Source of the DNA: Chrysomallon squamiferum
Lineage: Eukaryota; Animalia; Mollusca
Assembly: GCA_012295275.1 (NCBI GenBank)
Contig: CM022677.1
Coordinates: 21,204,001 to 21,268,000 of the forward strand
Direction: 5' to 3'
DNA: 64,000 nucleotides
This document shows positions 28,005-44,173 of the stretch, one piece after another; the stretch's first letter is position 1, and every line of letters begins with the position of its first letter. A model generated the notes under the pieces. The model searched no databases. It had not been told where the DNA came from and saw nothing but the letters and a program-made list of their open reading frames with translations. A program made the position numbers and the translations under genes.

Positions 28005-28043
28005 CAGGAGCGCCTCTTCTTCTTTCTGTGCCTTCTGGTCTTT
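28005..28043 (-). CDS. Basic linker microexon K' (ERPEGTERRRGAP)
   Basis: 39 nt, weak gaag acceptor, gtatg donor. Confidence 0.45.
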
Positions 28044-28550
28044 CTTCATTTTTGATAGAAATATAAAAAAAAAAAAAAAAAGAAAAAAAAAAAAAAAAAA
28101 AAAGAAAAAAAAATAATAAAAAAGACTGAGAAGTCATAAAGTCATTAGTAAAAAGAATAATAATAGTAAAACAAAATTTGTAAGATTTTTTGAATTCTGG
28201 TCATCATGATAATACGGTAAGCACTTGTTTGTTTCAACAGCTTAACCTAGGCATAGAAAGCAAATAAACGTTATGTTATATGATGTTTGTCTGTTCTTTT
28301 TTTTTTTTTTTTTTGGGGGGGCGGGGTGTTTTTGTTTTTGTTTTTTGTTGTTCTTGTTTGTTTTTGTTTTTTTGGTTATGATTAGAATCTTTACTTCTTG
28401 ATAAATTAAATCCCGTATACCCTCCTTTATCTTTTCTCTTTTTTGTTGTTTACTTTCTTTCTTTATTTAATTTTTTGAAATTTTTTCTATTAATATATTT
28501 AATTTTTTTTTTTTTTATTATCCTATTAATTAATTAATTAATTTATATAC

Positions 28551-28598
28551 CAGGAGTTCCAGACGCCCTTGTAGTCATTCTTGTTGTAGATTCCTCTT
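28551..28598 (-). CDS. Linker microexon M (EEESTTRMTTRASGTP)
   Basis: 48 nt, ctgtag/gtata. Confidence 0.7.
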
Positions 28599-29482
28599 CT
28601 ACAGAGAAAAAAGAAAGAAGAAAACAAAAATAAATGAATGAAAAATAAATAAAGAAATAAAGAAATAAGCAAGATAAATAAATAAATAAATAAACAAAAT
28701 AAATAAATAAATATATAAATTCAGTACACAAGACCCAAATTGGACAAGATTGTTTGTGTATAAACTGTCATTTGGTTTTAATTTTTTGGAGTAAAATCAG
28801 TACTGGTGGCCTACACTCAAATATTCTGACAATAAAAAAGGTAATAATAATAGTAAAGAAAAGCTTTACAGAAAATGAAAACGAATCCATCTGAACTTAG
28901 TTCTATTTCGCTAAAACAAACCACAACATTATTTTGAAAAGGAAGAATACAATTATTTTTTAATTATTTTTAGTGATAATTTCAATAATTTTATTTTATT
29001 TTATTTTATATATTTATTTTTCATTTAATGGAAAAAAACTAACTAAATAAATAAATAAATTAATTAATTAAGTGTACTAGACATAAACAAGACAAAATTG
29101 TTTATGTAAAAACTGTAATTTGGTTTGTATTTTCTGGAGTAAAATCAGTACTGAATATAGAAAATCATAACAGATGGATAATGAACTGGATACAAGGAAT
29201 TTCAGGTATGAATTGTCATGGATGCAATTTGTTCTTAAAAATACTAAAATATACTCAAATCTTAACAATAAAATTAAGACCAATCCATCTGAACTTAGTT
29301 TTATTTAGCTAAAACAAACCACAACATTATTTTGAAAAGAAAGAATAAAAACTGTTTTAATTATTTTTAGTAATAATTTTAATAATTTTATTTTATTTTA
29401 TTTTATATATTTATTTTTTATTTACTACTGACTTGTAGAAGTTAATATTAAATCAAACTTTAAATAAAACTGTTGATGTTAC

Positions 29483-29527
29483 CAGTTCTAGACGGCCTTG
29501 TAGTCATTCTTGTTGTAGATTCCTCTT
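29483..29527 (-). CDS. Linker microexon M with 3-nt deletion (EEESTTRMTTRPSRT)
   Basis: 45 nt, ctacag/gtaac, frame kept. Confidence 0.7.
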
Positions 29528-29756
29528 CTGTAGAGAAAAAAAGACAGAAGAAAAAACAAAAATAAATGAAAGGAAAATAAATAAATAAATAAATAAATTA
29601 AGTGTACTAGACATAAAGCAGACAAAATTATTTAGCTAAAACAAACCACAACATTATTTTGAAAAGAAAGAATAAAATTCTCTGAATACTTCTGCACAAT
29701 ACATTTTTATAAGAAACACTGGTGTCCAAGAACCAAATGTTCCAACAATAAAAAAG

Positions 29757-29820
<64 letters not shown>

Positions 29821-29883
29821 GTAATAATTGTAATAGTAAAAAGACAATTAGATGCAATGATATACGACGATAGATGGATAGTA

Positions 29884-29978
<95 letters not shown>

Positions 29979-30435
29979 TACATATTACATTTATTTCACG
30001 ATTATTTTCTTTCTTTATTTAACTTTTTGAAATTATTTTTATAAATATATTTAATTATTCTTCTACAGAGAAAAAGAAAGAAGAACAAAAAAATGAAAGA
30101 AAAATAAATAAATAAATAAATAAAAATAAAAAAAACAAAATAAATAAATAAATAAATACATATATATATTTATTCAGTGGAGTAGACTGAAACCGAGCAA
30201 GATTGTTTCTGTATAAAATGTCATTTGGTTTCTATTTTCTGGTGTACATTTAGTACTGAATATGACGAATATAACAGATCGATATTTAATTGGATGCAAG
30301 GACTTTCAGGTATGAAATGTCATATTCTGAAAAGCTTTACAATCAAATGAAAAAATCCATCTGAACTTTGTTTTATTTAGCTAAAACAAACCACAATATT
30401 GTTGCAATAATAAAAAGATAATAATAATAATAATA

Positions 30436-30490
<55 letters not shown>

Positions 30491-30769
30491 GACAATTTGA
30501 TGCAAAGATATACGACGATAGATGAATAGTAGATGAACAGAGAGAAACAGAAAGAGAGAGAGATGGAGAGAGAGAGAGACAGACGACAGACAGACTGACT
30601 GACAGAGAGATATATAGGTAGATAGATAAATAGATAGACAGATAGATAGACAGATATGTAGATAGATACATAGATAGACAGACAGACAGATAGATAGATA
30701 AAGAGACAGTTAGATAGATAGATAGACAGATAGACAGACAGACATCCAGACTGACAGATAGAGATAGAG

Positions 30770-30838
<69 letters not shown>

Positions 30839-31080
30839 CACTGCATATAAGCTTAATAAAGAAAAGAGAGAAAATATTTACAAATACAAACAGACAAATT
30901 TATTTATTTTTTTATATATAATAATAATAATGATAATGACCTAAGGAAGTGTACAGTGAATGAAAAAATGTTGAAATGTTAAGGAGTGTCAAGTGACAAT
31001 AAAAAAAATAAAAAATAAAAATAATAATAGTAATAATAATAATAATATTATTAAAAACAACAACAACAACAACAACATAC

Positions 31081-31275
31081 CAGGACAAGGCACGCCTGCA
31101 TCACAGGGTGTAATATCATAGATATATTTGCCAGAACCTTCGCACTGTCTTCCGCCTTTCCAGGGAGGAGGGTTTGCGCACAGTCGACGTTTCACCACAA
31201 TTCTGTAACCACTGCCACACGTGACAGAGCAGTTTATAAAGAGAACATTGAGCCATGCAGTCCACCCGCCATTCA
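31081..31275 (-). CDS. TSP1 exon type E copy 2
   Basis: 195 nt, conserved boundaries. Confidence 0.9.
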
Positions 31276-31696
31276 CTGCTAAATAACATAATCATATAAA
31301 TTAATACATCTCGGTTTGTGTGTCTTTCCAAACCAAACATGTAACAAATATTGCTATTGCAATCAATACTACTCTACTACTACCACTATCACTACTACTA
31401 CTAATAATAACAATACCACCACCACTACTACCAGTAGTACTACTACAACTACTACTACCATTTCTACTACCAGTAATACTACTAATATTAATAATAATAA
31501 CAAAAATAATGATAGTGATAATAATTATAAAAATAAAAGTAATAACAATAATAGTTCGCTGTTCAAGCATGTTATGACTATTTAAGAACAGTTTGTAAAT
31601 AAAACTTTGAACCGTCCAGTTCATCCAGAATTTATTACTAAATAATAAAGATCGTATTCATTTATAAATATCTCTCTGTCTCTCTCTCTCTCTCTC

Positions 31697-31864
<168 letters not shown>

Positions 31865-32099
31865 TTTTATTTTTATATCATTGAGGGGTTTTTTAAAACA
31901 ATTTATGTGAAAATGTCAATACTACCTACCAGCGTCTGGGTCTTTTTCATTGTTTGTTGTTGATTGGATTTTGTGGCGTTTGCGTTTTCAAAATTGAAAA
32001 AAAAAAAAAAAAAAAAGAATTACAATCAATAATATCGAACATAACATCCGCATATTGATAATAATAATGATAATAATAATAATAACAATAATAATAAAT

Positions 32100-32232
<133 letters not shown>

Positions 32233-33091
32233 CATATAAAGAGTAAAAGCAATGAAAGGTCACATCGCCAGCGAATTTGTAAAAACAAGCTAAAGCTATT
32301 CCCCTGTTGATGAAAACTGGTATCTAGTGTAATAGGTGCTGCATACACTAATATTTCAATTACTGTGTTCCACATCTTAACGCTCTCACTTTTTGATGAT
32401 AATAATAATAATAATCTATTATCTGTGAAAATCTATATAACCATAGTCAGCAAACAACTGACTAATCTAGTTAAAATGGGTATTTCTGCAGACGTCATTT
32501 AACAAGGATTCGAAAAATAGGACTGTTTTTCTTTTTCTGTTCTATTTGCCTGCATTTAATTTTGATGGTCATGAAACTTTTTGACATTTATTTTGGCCAA
32601 GTACACGTGCACGGGGCTGAAAATGTGCACATCCAGCATGAAAACGCGGTTTATGCAGGAATCGTGTGATGAAGTGGTGACTTTACTCAGACCATAGTAG
32701 AAGATATCTGACAGTCGAATGTAAGGACTGCCCTGATTTTCGGGACTTCTTACCGATAACCTGAATTAACGATACGAACTGATCGTTACTGAGAAAGTGA
32801 CTCGTTTAGTCACCAAGTCACCGTCACACGTTTCCAAGATAGTATTTGACCAATTCTTGCCTAAACTATCGTCTTTTGAACACACCTCATATTGCTCAAA
32901 ATTTTCAAATCACAGAATATCCTATACCGTGCAGACGAAAGAACATTAAGCGAAATATTCAACAACGCAAATACCAAAAATGTTCAGTTCAAGTCACACC
33001 GAACACCACATTTCACACAGAGTCTCAAACGAATAAAGAACCGTGGTTTGACCTGAAGTGACCCTGAAACGAGAAAACTACAGAAAAGTAC

Positions 33092-33304
33092 CCGGACAGA
33101 CAACTCCAGAGTAGCAGTTTGCAAACATGTGTTCTTGCTCCGGGCCATTGCAGTGTCCTCCTCCTCCTCCTCTTGCTCCTCCAGCTCCTCCTGCTCCTCC
33201 TGCAGGACAGTGTCGAATTCGGGTAACAACTTTGACACCACCGCCACACGTCACACTACAACTCGATTCTTTAATCTGGATCCATGAGCTCCATCCAGGG
33301 TCGT
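33092..33304 (-). CDS. TSP1 exon type F copy 2 (shorter Gly loop)
   Basis: 213 nt, ctgcag/gtact. Confidence 0.85.
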
Positions 33305-33460
33305 CTGCAGAGCAAGGATTAACAAAATTTCATATATATAAACATAATTTTATTGCAACAAAACTAAGGTTTGATTCATTCCAGCTTACGAATGTAAAAT
33401 AATTATGGTGATACGAACCAAAGAAATTCATTTCGGAAGATTAAAGTTTGGAAGTCTTAC

Positions 33461-33646
33461 CAGGGCACACGTCGAACAGGCACGACAATATCTCGTATGT
33501 TTCGTTTTTTCCAACGCAGATTTTTCCTCCATTTCGTGGTCGGGGGTTTTCGCATCTCCTCACCATGTCCTGCCGAAACTTCCCGAACCCGCACGAGGCA
33601 CTGCAAGAACTGTCAGTATGCATCCATGGAGTCCATCCACCATCAA
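33461..33646 (-). CDS. TSP1 exon type G copy 2
   Basis: 186 nt, ataag/gtaag. Confidence 0.9.
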
Positions 33647-33778
33647 CTTATAAAATAAACCAACAAACAAATAAACAAACAAACAAACCAACAAACAAAT
33701 AAACAAACAAACAATTAAACTACGAATAAGATTGGTAAGGAAATTCAAGGGATAAAAAACCGCTAAGAAATAAAGAAA

Positions 33779-33830
<52 letters not shown>

Positions 33831-34017
33831 TTCATCTATTAATTCATTTGTTATTTTATTTCTTAATTTGTTAATGATGTAGAAAAGTCATTAATGAATC
33901 ACATTTTGTATTTTGTCCTGCTCAAATTCATCATAACCACAAGACATATATGTGTGTGTGTGTATATGTGTGTGCATGTGTGTATGTGGATATAGAGAGA
34001 AAGACAGACAGACTGAC

Positions 34018-34058
<41 letters not shown>

Positions 34059-34200
34059 TATGGATACACTCCATATAAGCTTAATAAAGAAAAGAGAGAA
34101 AATATTGAGAAATACAAAGAAAAATATTTATTTATTTATTTATAAACTAATTATGACCTAATGAAGTTTACAGTGAATCAAACAAAAGTTTAAATGTTAC

Positions 34201-34248
34201 CAGGAGTGTCAGGTGACACGGTGGTTTTCTCTGCTGTAGTTTCTTCTT
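34201..34248 (-). CDS. Linker microexon H
   Basis: 48 nt, ctgcag/gtaac. Confidence 0.75.
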
Positions 34249-34890
34249 CTGCAGAAAAAAATAATAATAAATAAATAAATAAAAATAAAAAAATAAACAA
34301 ATAAATAAATAAACAAACATACAAACAAACAAGAAACAAACAAACAAACAGATAAACATTCTTCTTCTAGATTCCTCTTCTACAGAGAAAAAAGAAAGAA
34401 GAAAACAAAACAAAAAATGAAAGAAAAATAAATCAATCAATAAATAAATAAATAAATAAAAATAAAAAATAAATAAATAAATAAATAAAAAAATAAATAA
34501 ATATATATATATATATTTATTCAGTGGATCAGACTCAAACCGGACAAGATTGTTTATGTATAAAATGTCATTTGCTTAGTATTTTCTGGAATAAAATTAG
34601 TACTCAATATGACGAATATAACAGATCGATATTTAATTGGATGCAAGGACTTTCAGGTATGAATTGTCATGGATACGATTTGTACTTAAATATACTAAAA
34701 TATACTGAAAAGCTTTACAATCAAATGAAAACGAATCCATTTGAACTTAATTTTATTTCGCTAAAACAAAACACAACATTATTTTGAAAAGAAAGAATAA
34801 AATTCTCTGAATACTTATGCACGACAACTTTTTTTTATAAGAAACACAGGTGTCCAAGAACCAAATGTTCCAACAATAAAAAAAGATAAC

Positions 34891-34961
<71 letters not shown>

Positions 34962-35267
34962 TGATGATGATAATAATAATAATAATAAAAGAAAATTTGA
35001 TGCAAAGATATACGACGATAGATGTATAGTAGATGGACAGAGAGAGAGAAAGAGAGAGAGATGGAGAGAGAGAGACAGACGACAGACAGACTGACTGACA
35101 GAGAGATATATAGATAGGTGGATAGATAAATAGAGATACAGATAGATAGACAGATATGTAGATAGATAGATAGACAGACAGACAGATAGATAAAGAGACA
35201 GTTAGATAGATAGATAGACAGATAGACAGACAGACAGACAGATAGATATATAGAGATAGACAGATAG

Positions 35268-35323
<56 letters not shown>

Positions 35324-35596
35324 GGATGGATGGATGGATGGATGGATAGATAGATACACTCCATATAAGCTTAATAAAGAAAAGAGAGAAAATATTTAGA
35401 AATACAAACAGCAAAATGTATTTATTTTTTTATATATAATAATAATAATGATAATTACCTAAGGAAGTGTACAGTGAATGAAAAAAAAGTTGAAATGTTA
35501 CCAGGAGTGTCAACTGACAATCAAAAAATAAAAAATAAAAATAACAATAGTAATAATAATAATAATATTAAAAAAACAACAACAACAACAACATAC

Positions 35597-35791
35597 CAGG
35601 ACAAGGCACGCCTGCATCACAGGGTGTAATATCATTGATATTTTTACCAGAACCTTCGCACTTTCTTCCGCCTTTCCAGGGAGGAGGGTTTGCGCACAGT
35701 CGACGTTTCACCACAATTCTGTAACCACTGCCACACGTGACAGAGCAGTTTATAAACAGAACATTGAGCCATGCAGTCCACCCGCCATTCA
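35597..35791 (-). CDS. TSP1 exon type E copy 3
   Basis: 195 nt, cagcag/gtatg. Confidence 0.9.
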
Positions 35792-36180
35792 CTGCTGAAT
35801 AACATAATCATATAAATTAATACATCTCGGTTTGTGTGTCTTTCCAAACCAAACATGTAACAAATATTGCTATTGCAATCAATACTACTCTACTACTACC
35901 ACTATCACTACTACTACTAATAATAACAATACCTCCACCACTACTACTAGTAGTACTACTACAACTACTACTACCACTTCTACTACCAGTAATACTACTA
36001 ATATTAATAATAATAACAATAATAATGATAGTGATAATAATAATAAAAATAAAAGTAATAACAATAATAGTTCGCTGTTCAAGCATGTTATGACTATTTA
36101 AGAACAGTCTGTAAATAAAACTTTGAACCGTCCAGTTCATCCAGAATTTATTACTAAATATTAAAGATTGTATTCATGTA

Positions 36181-36306
<126 letters not shown>

Positions 36307-36510
36307 TTTATTTTTATATCATTCAGGTTTTTTTTTAAACAATTTTTGTGAAAATGTCAATACTACCTACCAGCGTCTGGGTCTTTTTCATTGTTTGTTG
36401 TTGATTGGATTTTGTGGCGTTTGCGTTTTCAAAATTGAAAAAAAAAAAAAAAATTACAATCAATAATATCGCATTGTGATAATAGTAATGATAATAATAA
36501 TAATAATAAG

Positions 36511-36542
<32 letters not shown>

Positions 36543-36550
36543 TATATACA

Positions 36551-36662
<112 letters not shown>

Positions 36663-36841
36663 CATATAAAGAGTATAAGCAATGAAAGGTCACATCGCCA
36701 GCGAATTTATAAAAACAAGCTAAAGCTATTCCCCTGTTGAGGAAAACTGGTATCTAGTGTAATAGGTGCTGCATACACTGATATTTCAATTAGTGCGTTC
36801 CACATGTTTAACTCTCTCAGTTTTTGATGATGATCATGATG

Positions 36842-36876
<35 letters not shown>

Positions 36877-37560
36877 CTATTATGTGTGAAAATCTACATA
36901 ACCAGAGTCAGCAAACAACTGATTAATCTAGCTAAAATGGGTGTTTCTGCAGACGTCATTTAACAAGGATTCGAAAAATAAGACTGATTTTTCTTTTCTG
37001 TTTTTTTTTTTTCTTTTTTTTGCCTGCGTTTAATTTTGATGGTCATGAGATTTTTTGACATTTATTTTGGCCAAGTACACGTGCACGGGGCTGAAAATGT
37101 GCACATCCAGCATGAAAACGCGGTTTATGCAGGAATCGTGTGATGAAGTGGTGACTTTACTCAGACCATAGTAGAAGATATCTGACAGTCGAATGTAAGG
37201 ACTGCCCTGAGTTTCTGGACTTCTTACTGATAACCTGAATTAACGATACGAACTGATCGTTACTGAGAAAGTGACTCGTATAGTCACCAAGTCACCGTCA
37301 CACGTTTCCAAGATAGTATTTGATCAATTCTTGCCTAAGCTATCGTCTTTTGAACACAGGCGGTCACACCTCCTATTGCTCAAAATTTTCAAATCACAGA
37401 ATATCCTATGCCGTGCAAACGAAAGAACATTAAGCGAAATATTCAACAACGCAAATACCAAAAATGTTCAGTTCAAGTCACACCGAACACCACATTTCAC
37501 ACAGAATCTCAGACGAACAAAGAAGTTGACACCAATGCGTGGGAAACTACAGAAAAGTAC

Positions 37561-37773
37561 CCGGACAGACAACTCCAGAGTAGCAGCTTGCAAACATGTA
37601 TCCTTTCTCTGGGCCATTGCAGTGTCCTCCTCCTCTTCCTCTTGCTTCTCCAGCTCCTCCTGCTCCTCCTGCTGGACAGAGTCGAATTCGGGTAACAACT
37701 TTGACACCACCGCCACACGTCACACTACAACTCGATGTTTTAATCTGGAACCATGAGCTCCATCCAGGGTCGT
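37561..37773 (-). CDS. TSP1 exon type F copy 3
   Basis: 213 nt, ctgcag/gtact. Confidence 0.85.
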
Positions 37774-37929
37774 CTGCAGAACAAGGATTAACAAAATTTC
37801 ATATATATAAACATAATTTTATTGCAACAAAACTAAGGTTTGATTCATTCCAGCTTACGAATGTAAAATAATTATGGTTATACGAACCAAAGAAATTCAT
37901 TTCGGAAGATTAAAGTTTGGAAGTCTTAC

Positions 37930-38115
37930 CAGGGCACACGTCGAACAGGCACGACAATATCTCGAATGTTTCGTTTTTTCCAACGCAGTTTTTTCCTCCA
38001 TTTCGTGGTCGGGGGTTTTCGCATCTCCTTATCATGTCCTGCCGAAACTTCCCGAACCCGCACGAGGCACTGCAAGAACTGTCAGTATGTATCCATGGAG
38101 TCCATCCACCATCAA
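37930..38115 (-). CDS. TSP1 exon type G copy 3
   Basis: 186 nt, ataag/gtaag. Confidence 0.9.
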
Positions 38116-38219
38116 CTTATAAAATAAACCAACAAACAAATAAACAAACAAATAATTAAACTACGCATAAGATTGGTAAGGAAAAACAAGGGATAAAAAA
38201 CCGCTAAGAAATAAAGGAA

Positions 38220-38277
<58 letters not shown>

Positions 38278-38392
38278 TTCATCTATTGATTCATTTGTTA
38301 TTTTATTTCTTAATTTGTTAATGACGTAGAGAAGTCATTAATGAATCACATTTTGTATTTTGTCCTGCTCAAATTCATCATAACCACAAGAC

Positions 38393-38426
<34 letters not shown>

Positions 38427-38505
38427 ATGTGTGTATGTGTGGGTGTAGAGAGAAAGACAGACAGACTGAAGGATAGATACATAGATAGATAGATAGATAG
38501 GTAGG

Positions 38506-38595
<90 letters not shown>

Positions 38596-38664
38596 TATGG
38601 ATACACTCCATATAAGTTTAATAAAGAAAAGAGAGAAAATATTGAGAAATACAAAGAGAAATAT

Positions 38665-38707
<43 letters not shown>

Positions 38708-38769
38708 TATATAAACTAATTATGACCTAATGAAGTTGACAGTGAATCAAACAAAATTTTAAATGTTAC

Positions 38770-38817
38770 CAGGAGTGTCAGGTGGCACAGTGGTCTTTTC
38801 TGCTGTAGTTTCTTCAT
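38770..38817 (-). pseudogene. Linker microexon H with acceptor mutated (cag to cat)
   Basis: Body and donor intact; an in-frame aag 6 nt downstream could give a 42-nt exon. Confidence 0.55.
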
Positions 38818-38833
38818 ATGCAGAAAAAAAAAA

Positions 38834-38864
<31 letters not shown>

Positions 38865-39460
38865 TAAACAAATAAATAAATAAACAAACATACAAAGAAA
38901 CAAACAAGAAACAAACAAACAAACAGATAAACATTCTTCTTCTAGATTCCTCTTCTACAGAGAAAAAAGAAAGAAGAAAACAAAACAAAAAATGAAAGAA
39001 AAATAAATCAATCAATAAATAAATAAATAAAAAATAAAAAATAAATAAATAAATAAATAAATAAATACATATATATATATTTATTCAGTGGATCAGACTC
39101 AAACCGGACAAGATTGTTTATGTATGAAATGTCATTTGGTTAGTATTTTCTGGAATAAAATTAGTACTCAATATGACGAATATAACAGATCGATATTTAA
39201 TTGGATGCAAGGACTTTCAGGTATGAATTGTCATGGATACGATTTGTACTTAAATATACTAAAATGTACTGAAAAGCTTTACAATCAAATGAAAACGAAT
39301 CCATCTGAACTGAGTTTTATTTCGCTAAAACAAAACACAACATTATTTTGAAAAGAAAGAATAAAATTCTCTGAATACTTATGCACGACAACTTTTTTTT
39401 ATAAGAAACACTGGTGTCCAAGAACCAAATGTTCCAACAATAAAAAAAGATAACAATAAC

Positions 39461-39570
<110 letters not shown>

Positions 39571-39670
39571 TAATAATGAAAGACAATTTGATGCAAAGAT
39601 ATACGACTATAGATGTATAGTTGATGGACAGAGAGAGAGAAAGAGAGAGACGACAGACAGACTGAAACAC

Positions 39671-39713
<43 letters not shown>

Positions 39714-39737
39714 CAGATAAACAGATAGATAGATAGT

Positions 39738-39769
<32 letters not shown>

Positions 39770-40012
39770 TAGAGAGACAGACAGATAGATAGATAAATAA
39801 ATAAATAAATTCAGTGAACAAGACCCAAATTGGACAAGATTGTTTCTATATTAACTGTAATTTGGTTTGTATTTTCTGGAGTAAAATCATTACTGAATAT
39901 GACAAATATAACAGATCGATAATGAACTGGATACGAGGATTTTCAGGTATGAATTTTCATTGAAAAGCTTTCCAGAAAATGAAAACAAATCCATTGTACT
40001 GAAAAGCTTTAC

Positions 40013-40085
<73 letters not shown>

Positions 40086-40150
40086 GAAATAATAGTAATA
40101 GTAAAAAGACAATTAGATGCAGATATACGACGATAGATAGATAGTAGATG

Positions 40151-40309
<159 letters not shown>

Positions 40310-40434
40310 CATATTACACATATCTCACCAGGTGTTGTAGCTGGACATATCGCTAGTTCGACACAGTACAGAGTTCACGAAATAAAATAAAATAAATGAA
40401 CAGAAATAACAAGTGAAAACATCGATGTACGTAC

Positions 40435-40479
40435 TAGGTGCGTGACCTCTTCGTCTGTCTGTCATTTGAGGTCTTTCTA
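40435..40479 (-). CDS. Basic linker microexon K
   Basis: Same sequence as 12326..12370. Confidence 0.5.
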
Positions 40480-41019
40480 CTATTTTGATAAAAATTTAAA
40501 AAAAAAATAAATAAATAAATAAATAAATAAATAAAATCAAGAAAAAAAACAATAAAAAAAGACTGAGAAGTCACAAATTCATTAGAACAAATAATAATAA
40601 TAATAAAATAAAAATTTAAAGATTTTTCAAATTGTCGTATTATGATAATACAGTAAGCACGTGTTTCTTTCAACAGGTTACCCTAGGCATAGAAAACAAA
40701 TAAATGTTATGTTATATGAAGTTTGTTTGATGTTGTTGTTGTTGTTGTTGTTGTTGTGATTAATATGTTTATTAATTCATTCATTCATTCACTTACATGC
40801 TGTTTTATCTTTTCTCTTTTGGTGTTCTTTATTTTCTTCCTTTTATTAAATTTTGTTTTAATTATTTTTATTAAAAATGTTAATTATTTTATTTTATTTT
40901 ATTTTATTTTATTTTATTTTATTTTATTAATTCATTTATTTTTTTATTTATTTATTTATTTATTTACTACTGACTTATAAAATTTAATATTAAATCAAAC
41001 TTTAAATAAAACCAGTTAC

Positions 41020-41067
41020 CAAGAGTTTCAGATGGCCTTGTAGTCGTTCTTGTTGTAGATTCCTCTT
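41020..41067 (-). CDS. Linker microexon M (EEESTTRTTTRPSETL)
   Basis: 48 nt, ctgtag/gtaac. Confidence 0.75.
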
Positions 41068-41241
41068 CTACAGAAAAAAAATCAAAAAAACAATAACAAT
41101 GAAAGAAAAAGAACATTAACAAAATAAATATATTCAGTGGATCAACCAAAACTGCACAGCATTGTTGTTCACGTGTAAATTGTTATTTGATTTATGTTTT
41201 CTCAATCGAAACCACTTCACAGTGTGATCTACAACAGATCG

Positions 41242-41408
<167 letters not shown>

Positions 41409-41412
41409 GCAC

Positions 41413-41604
41413 CTGGACAGGGAACTCTTGTACTACATGTTTCTGTTATTCGGACACTCCTGTCTCCTTCGCACATTCTTCCTCCGTACTTTGGCGCGGG
41501 CTTTTCACATTTTCTTTTTCTAAAGTACGCTTTTACACCCAAACCGCACGTGCGACTGCACGATGTTTCTTTAATCAGTTCCCAGGAAGTCCACCCACCG
41601 TCCT
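41413..41604 (-). CDS. TSP1 exon type A copy 4
   Basis: 192 nt, tttcag/gtgcg. Confidence 0.9.
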
Positions 41605-41984
41605 CTGAAATGTTTTTAAATAATCATAAAATACAAAAGATACGAAATCACTAGTATAATAATAAACAGCAGAATAACCGAAATATTTTATTATTATTAT
41701 TTAATCTATCTGTATAATCTATCTATCTATCTGTCTATGTGTCTATCTATATATCTATCTATGTTATTTATTAGTACTTTTATGTTATCTGTAAATAAAT
41801 TTGTATTAATATTTTGCATAATATTTATAAGACTTACACATTATAATGACACACCAGCAATCAAAAAATATTTCACTTTCTGCTCCTCCGTAGAATATTG
41901 ATCCTTCTACACATAATCAAAACTTTTTATTTAATTTATATATTTATTTATATATTTTTTATTTTTCTCACAGTTTCGTCCTAC

Positions 41985-42182
41985 CTGGAATATTGATGCT
42001 GCACGCTCCACTGTCGCATCTGACTAGTTTCTCCTGGAACTTCACGTGCCCCGGACACGTGGAATTTCTCGTGTCGCCGGGAATCGCCGAGACGCACCGT
42101 CGCGTGAACTGTTTCTTCTGCTGACATTTGACAGAGCACGCCTTAGTCGACGACAGCACCCACGTCGTCCAGCGACCCGCCA
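41985..42182 (-). CDS. TSP1-like exon type B copy 4
   Basis: 198 nt, conserved boundaries. Confidence 0.85.
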
Positions 42183-42657
42183 CTGATAAAGACAACGACG
42201 ACGACAACACAGTAGTAGTAATAAAGCCAAAGATAACTGCTGAAGTGTGAATCTGTGTCTATTTCTCTGTCTATATATCTGTATTTGTACCCCTGTCTGT
42301 GTTTATGCATGTCTTCTGTGTGAGTGTGTCTCTATGGTGTGTATTTATATGTGTGCTATGTGTATCTCTGTGTGTATTGTGAGAATGTCTGCCGCTATAT
42401 GTCTACATTATATGTCAGTGTTTTGGGGTACATTTTTTGTATGTCTACATCTGTATGTTTACATGTCTGTCAGCCTCTGTGTGTATCTGTGTCTGCGTAT
42501 GTTTACATGTCAGTGTTAGTTGTCTCTGTCTGTATTGTGTATATATCTATATATGTATATCTGCATACTGCACATAGCTGTCAATTTCTCTGTTTTCATT
42601 GTGTCTATGTTCATTTCACTGTTTAAATCTCTCTCTCTCTCTCTATCTCTCTCTCTG

Positions 42658-42699
<42 letters not shown>

Positions 42700-42963
42700 T
42701 AGATAGATATATATGTCTGGCAGTTTAATAGAAGCTTTTTACTCATCGAAAGAAGACAGCAAGGCAAAAATAAACAAATATAAATGAATCGAGTTTTCAT
42801 CAAGAAACTAAAAACAAAAGGATCACTATCATAAAATTACATTTAAAAAAAAAAAATTAAAATGTACTGTCTATTATTTTGTCGAAAACAAAGATCACCA
42901 CGGTGTAACTGTAACGGTAGTCATATGAAATAAAACATATATAAATATTTAACACTCTGTTAC

Positions 42964-43143
42964 CATGGCAATCGCCTCCTGCACACTGCTCGAATACAGT
43001 TTTGTTGGTTGGGCCACTACACTGACTACCTCCATTTCTTGGAACTGGGTTCGTACAAGATCTCTGATAGAGCACAAATATTCTGCAGTTCAGTGGACAC
43101 GTGCCAGGGTCGTAACGGTACCAAGATTGCCACCCCCCATCGA
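42964..43143 (-). CDS. TSP1 exon type C copy 4
   Basis: 180 nt, conserved boundaries. Confidence 0.9.
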
Positions 43144-43225
43144 CTGGGAAAAAGAAAATAAGAAAAGGAAAAGAAAACGAAAAATAAATTTAGATAATTA
43201 CCAACAATTAATTATCAACTGAAAA

Positions 43226-43269
<44 letters not shown>

Positions 43270-43565
43270 CATATAATAAATATAACATTAATAATGATGA
43301 TGATGATGATGATGATAATAATAATGAAGTAATAATAAGAATAAAATAAATTAATAAATAAATAAATAAATAAAATACTGTACGAATTTGAGTGTAACCA
43401 TTCGTTCCTTTACACGTTCATTCATTCGTTCATTAGTTTGTTCACCTACTAGCTGTTTCTCTGCTTCATTCATTCATTCCATTATTTTCTCTTTAATATT
43501 TCCCTCCTCCCTTTCTTCCTTCATTCGTTCATTCCTTCTTTCACTCTTACGCTAAGTTTACCTAC

Positions 43566-43724
43566 CCATCTCACAGGACACACACTTGACGTTTGTTGTC
43601 ATCGTTTTCTTCCCTCTACACGTTTCACCTTCTAAACACGAACGTGAAAACCTCATGCGCTTATAGCAATCTCCAGCACACTCACCTACCAGCTGTCTGG
43701 ACCACAACGACCATCTCCCTGTCA
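43566..43724 (-). CDS. TSP1-like exon type D copy 4
   Basis: 159 nt, conserved boundaries. Confidence 0.85.
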
Positions 43725-43827
43725 CTGTAACAGCAAACACAACGTTTTCTTCTTCTTGTTATTATTATTATAATTATCATCATTTTTTTTTTGATATTAC
43801 TAACACACATTTTCTATATAGAATGTA

Positions 43828-43940
<113 letters not shown>

Positions 43941-44173
43941 GTAATAAGAAACAAGAAAACCATACATATATACGTACAATCATACTCAAATACATCAAAC
44001 TCCACACACATAGAGATACAAGTACATTCATATCTTTATACACATGTATTTATACAGATACATTTATATATTTTCTTTAATAACATAATAGATACATATG
44101 TACTACTTATTCACACACACATATGCACACACAGATACATATACACATACACACATTTATGAGAAATACTCAC

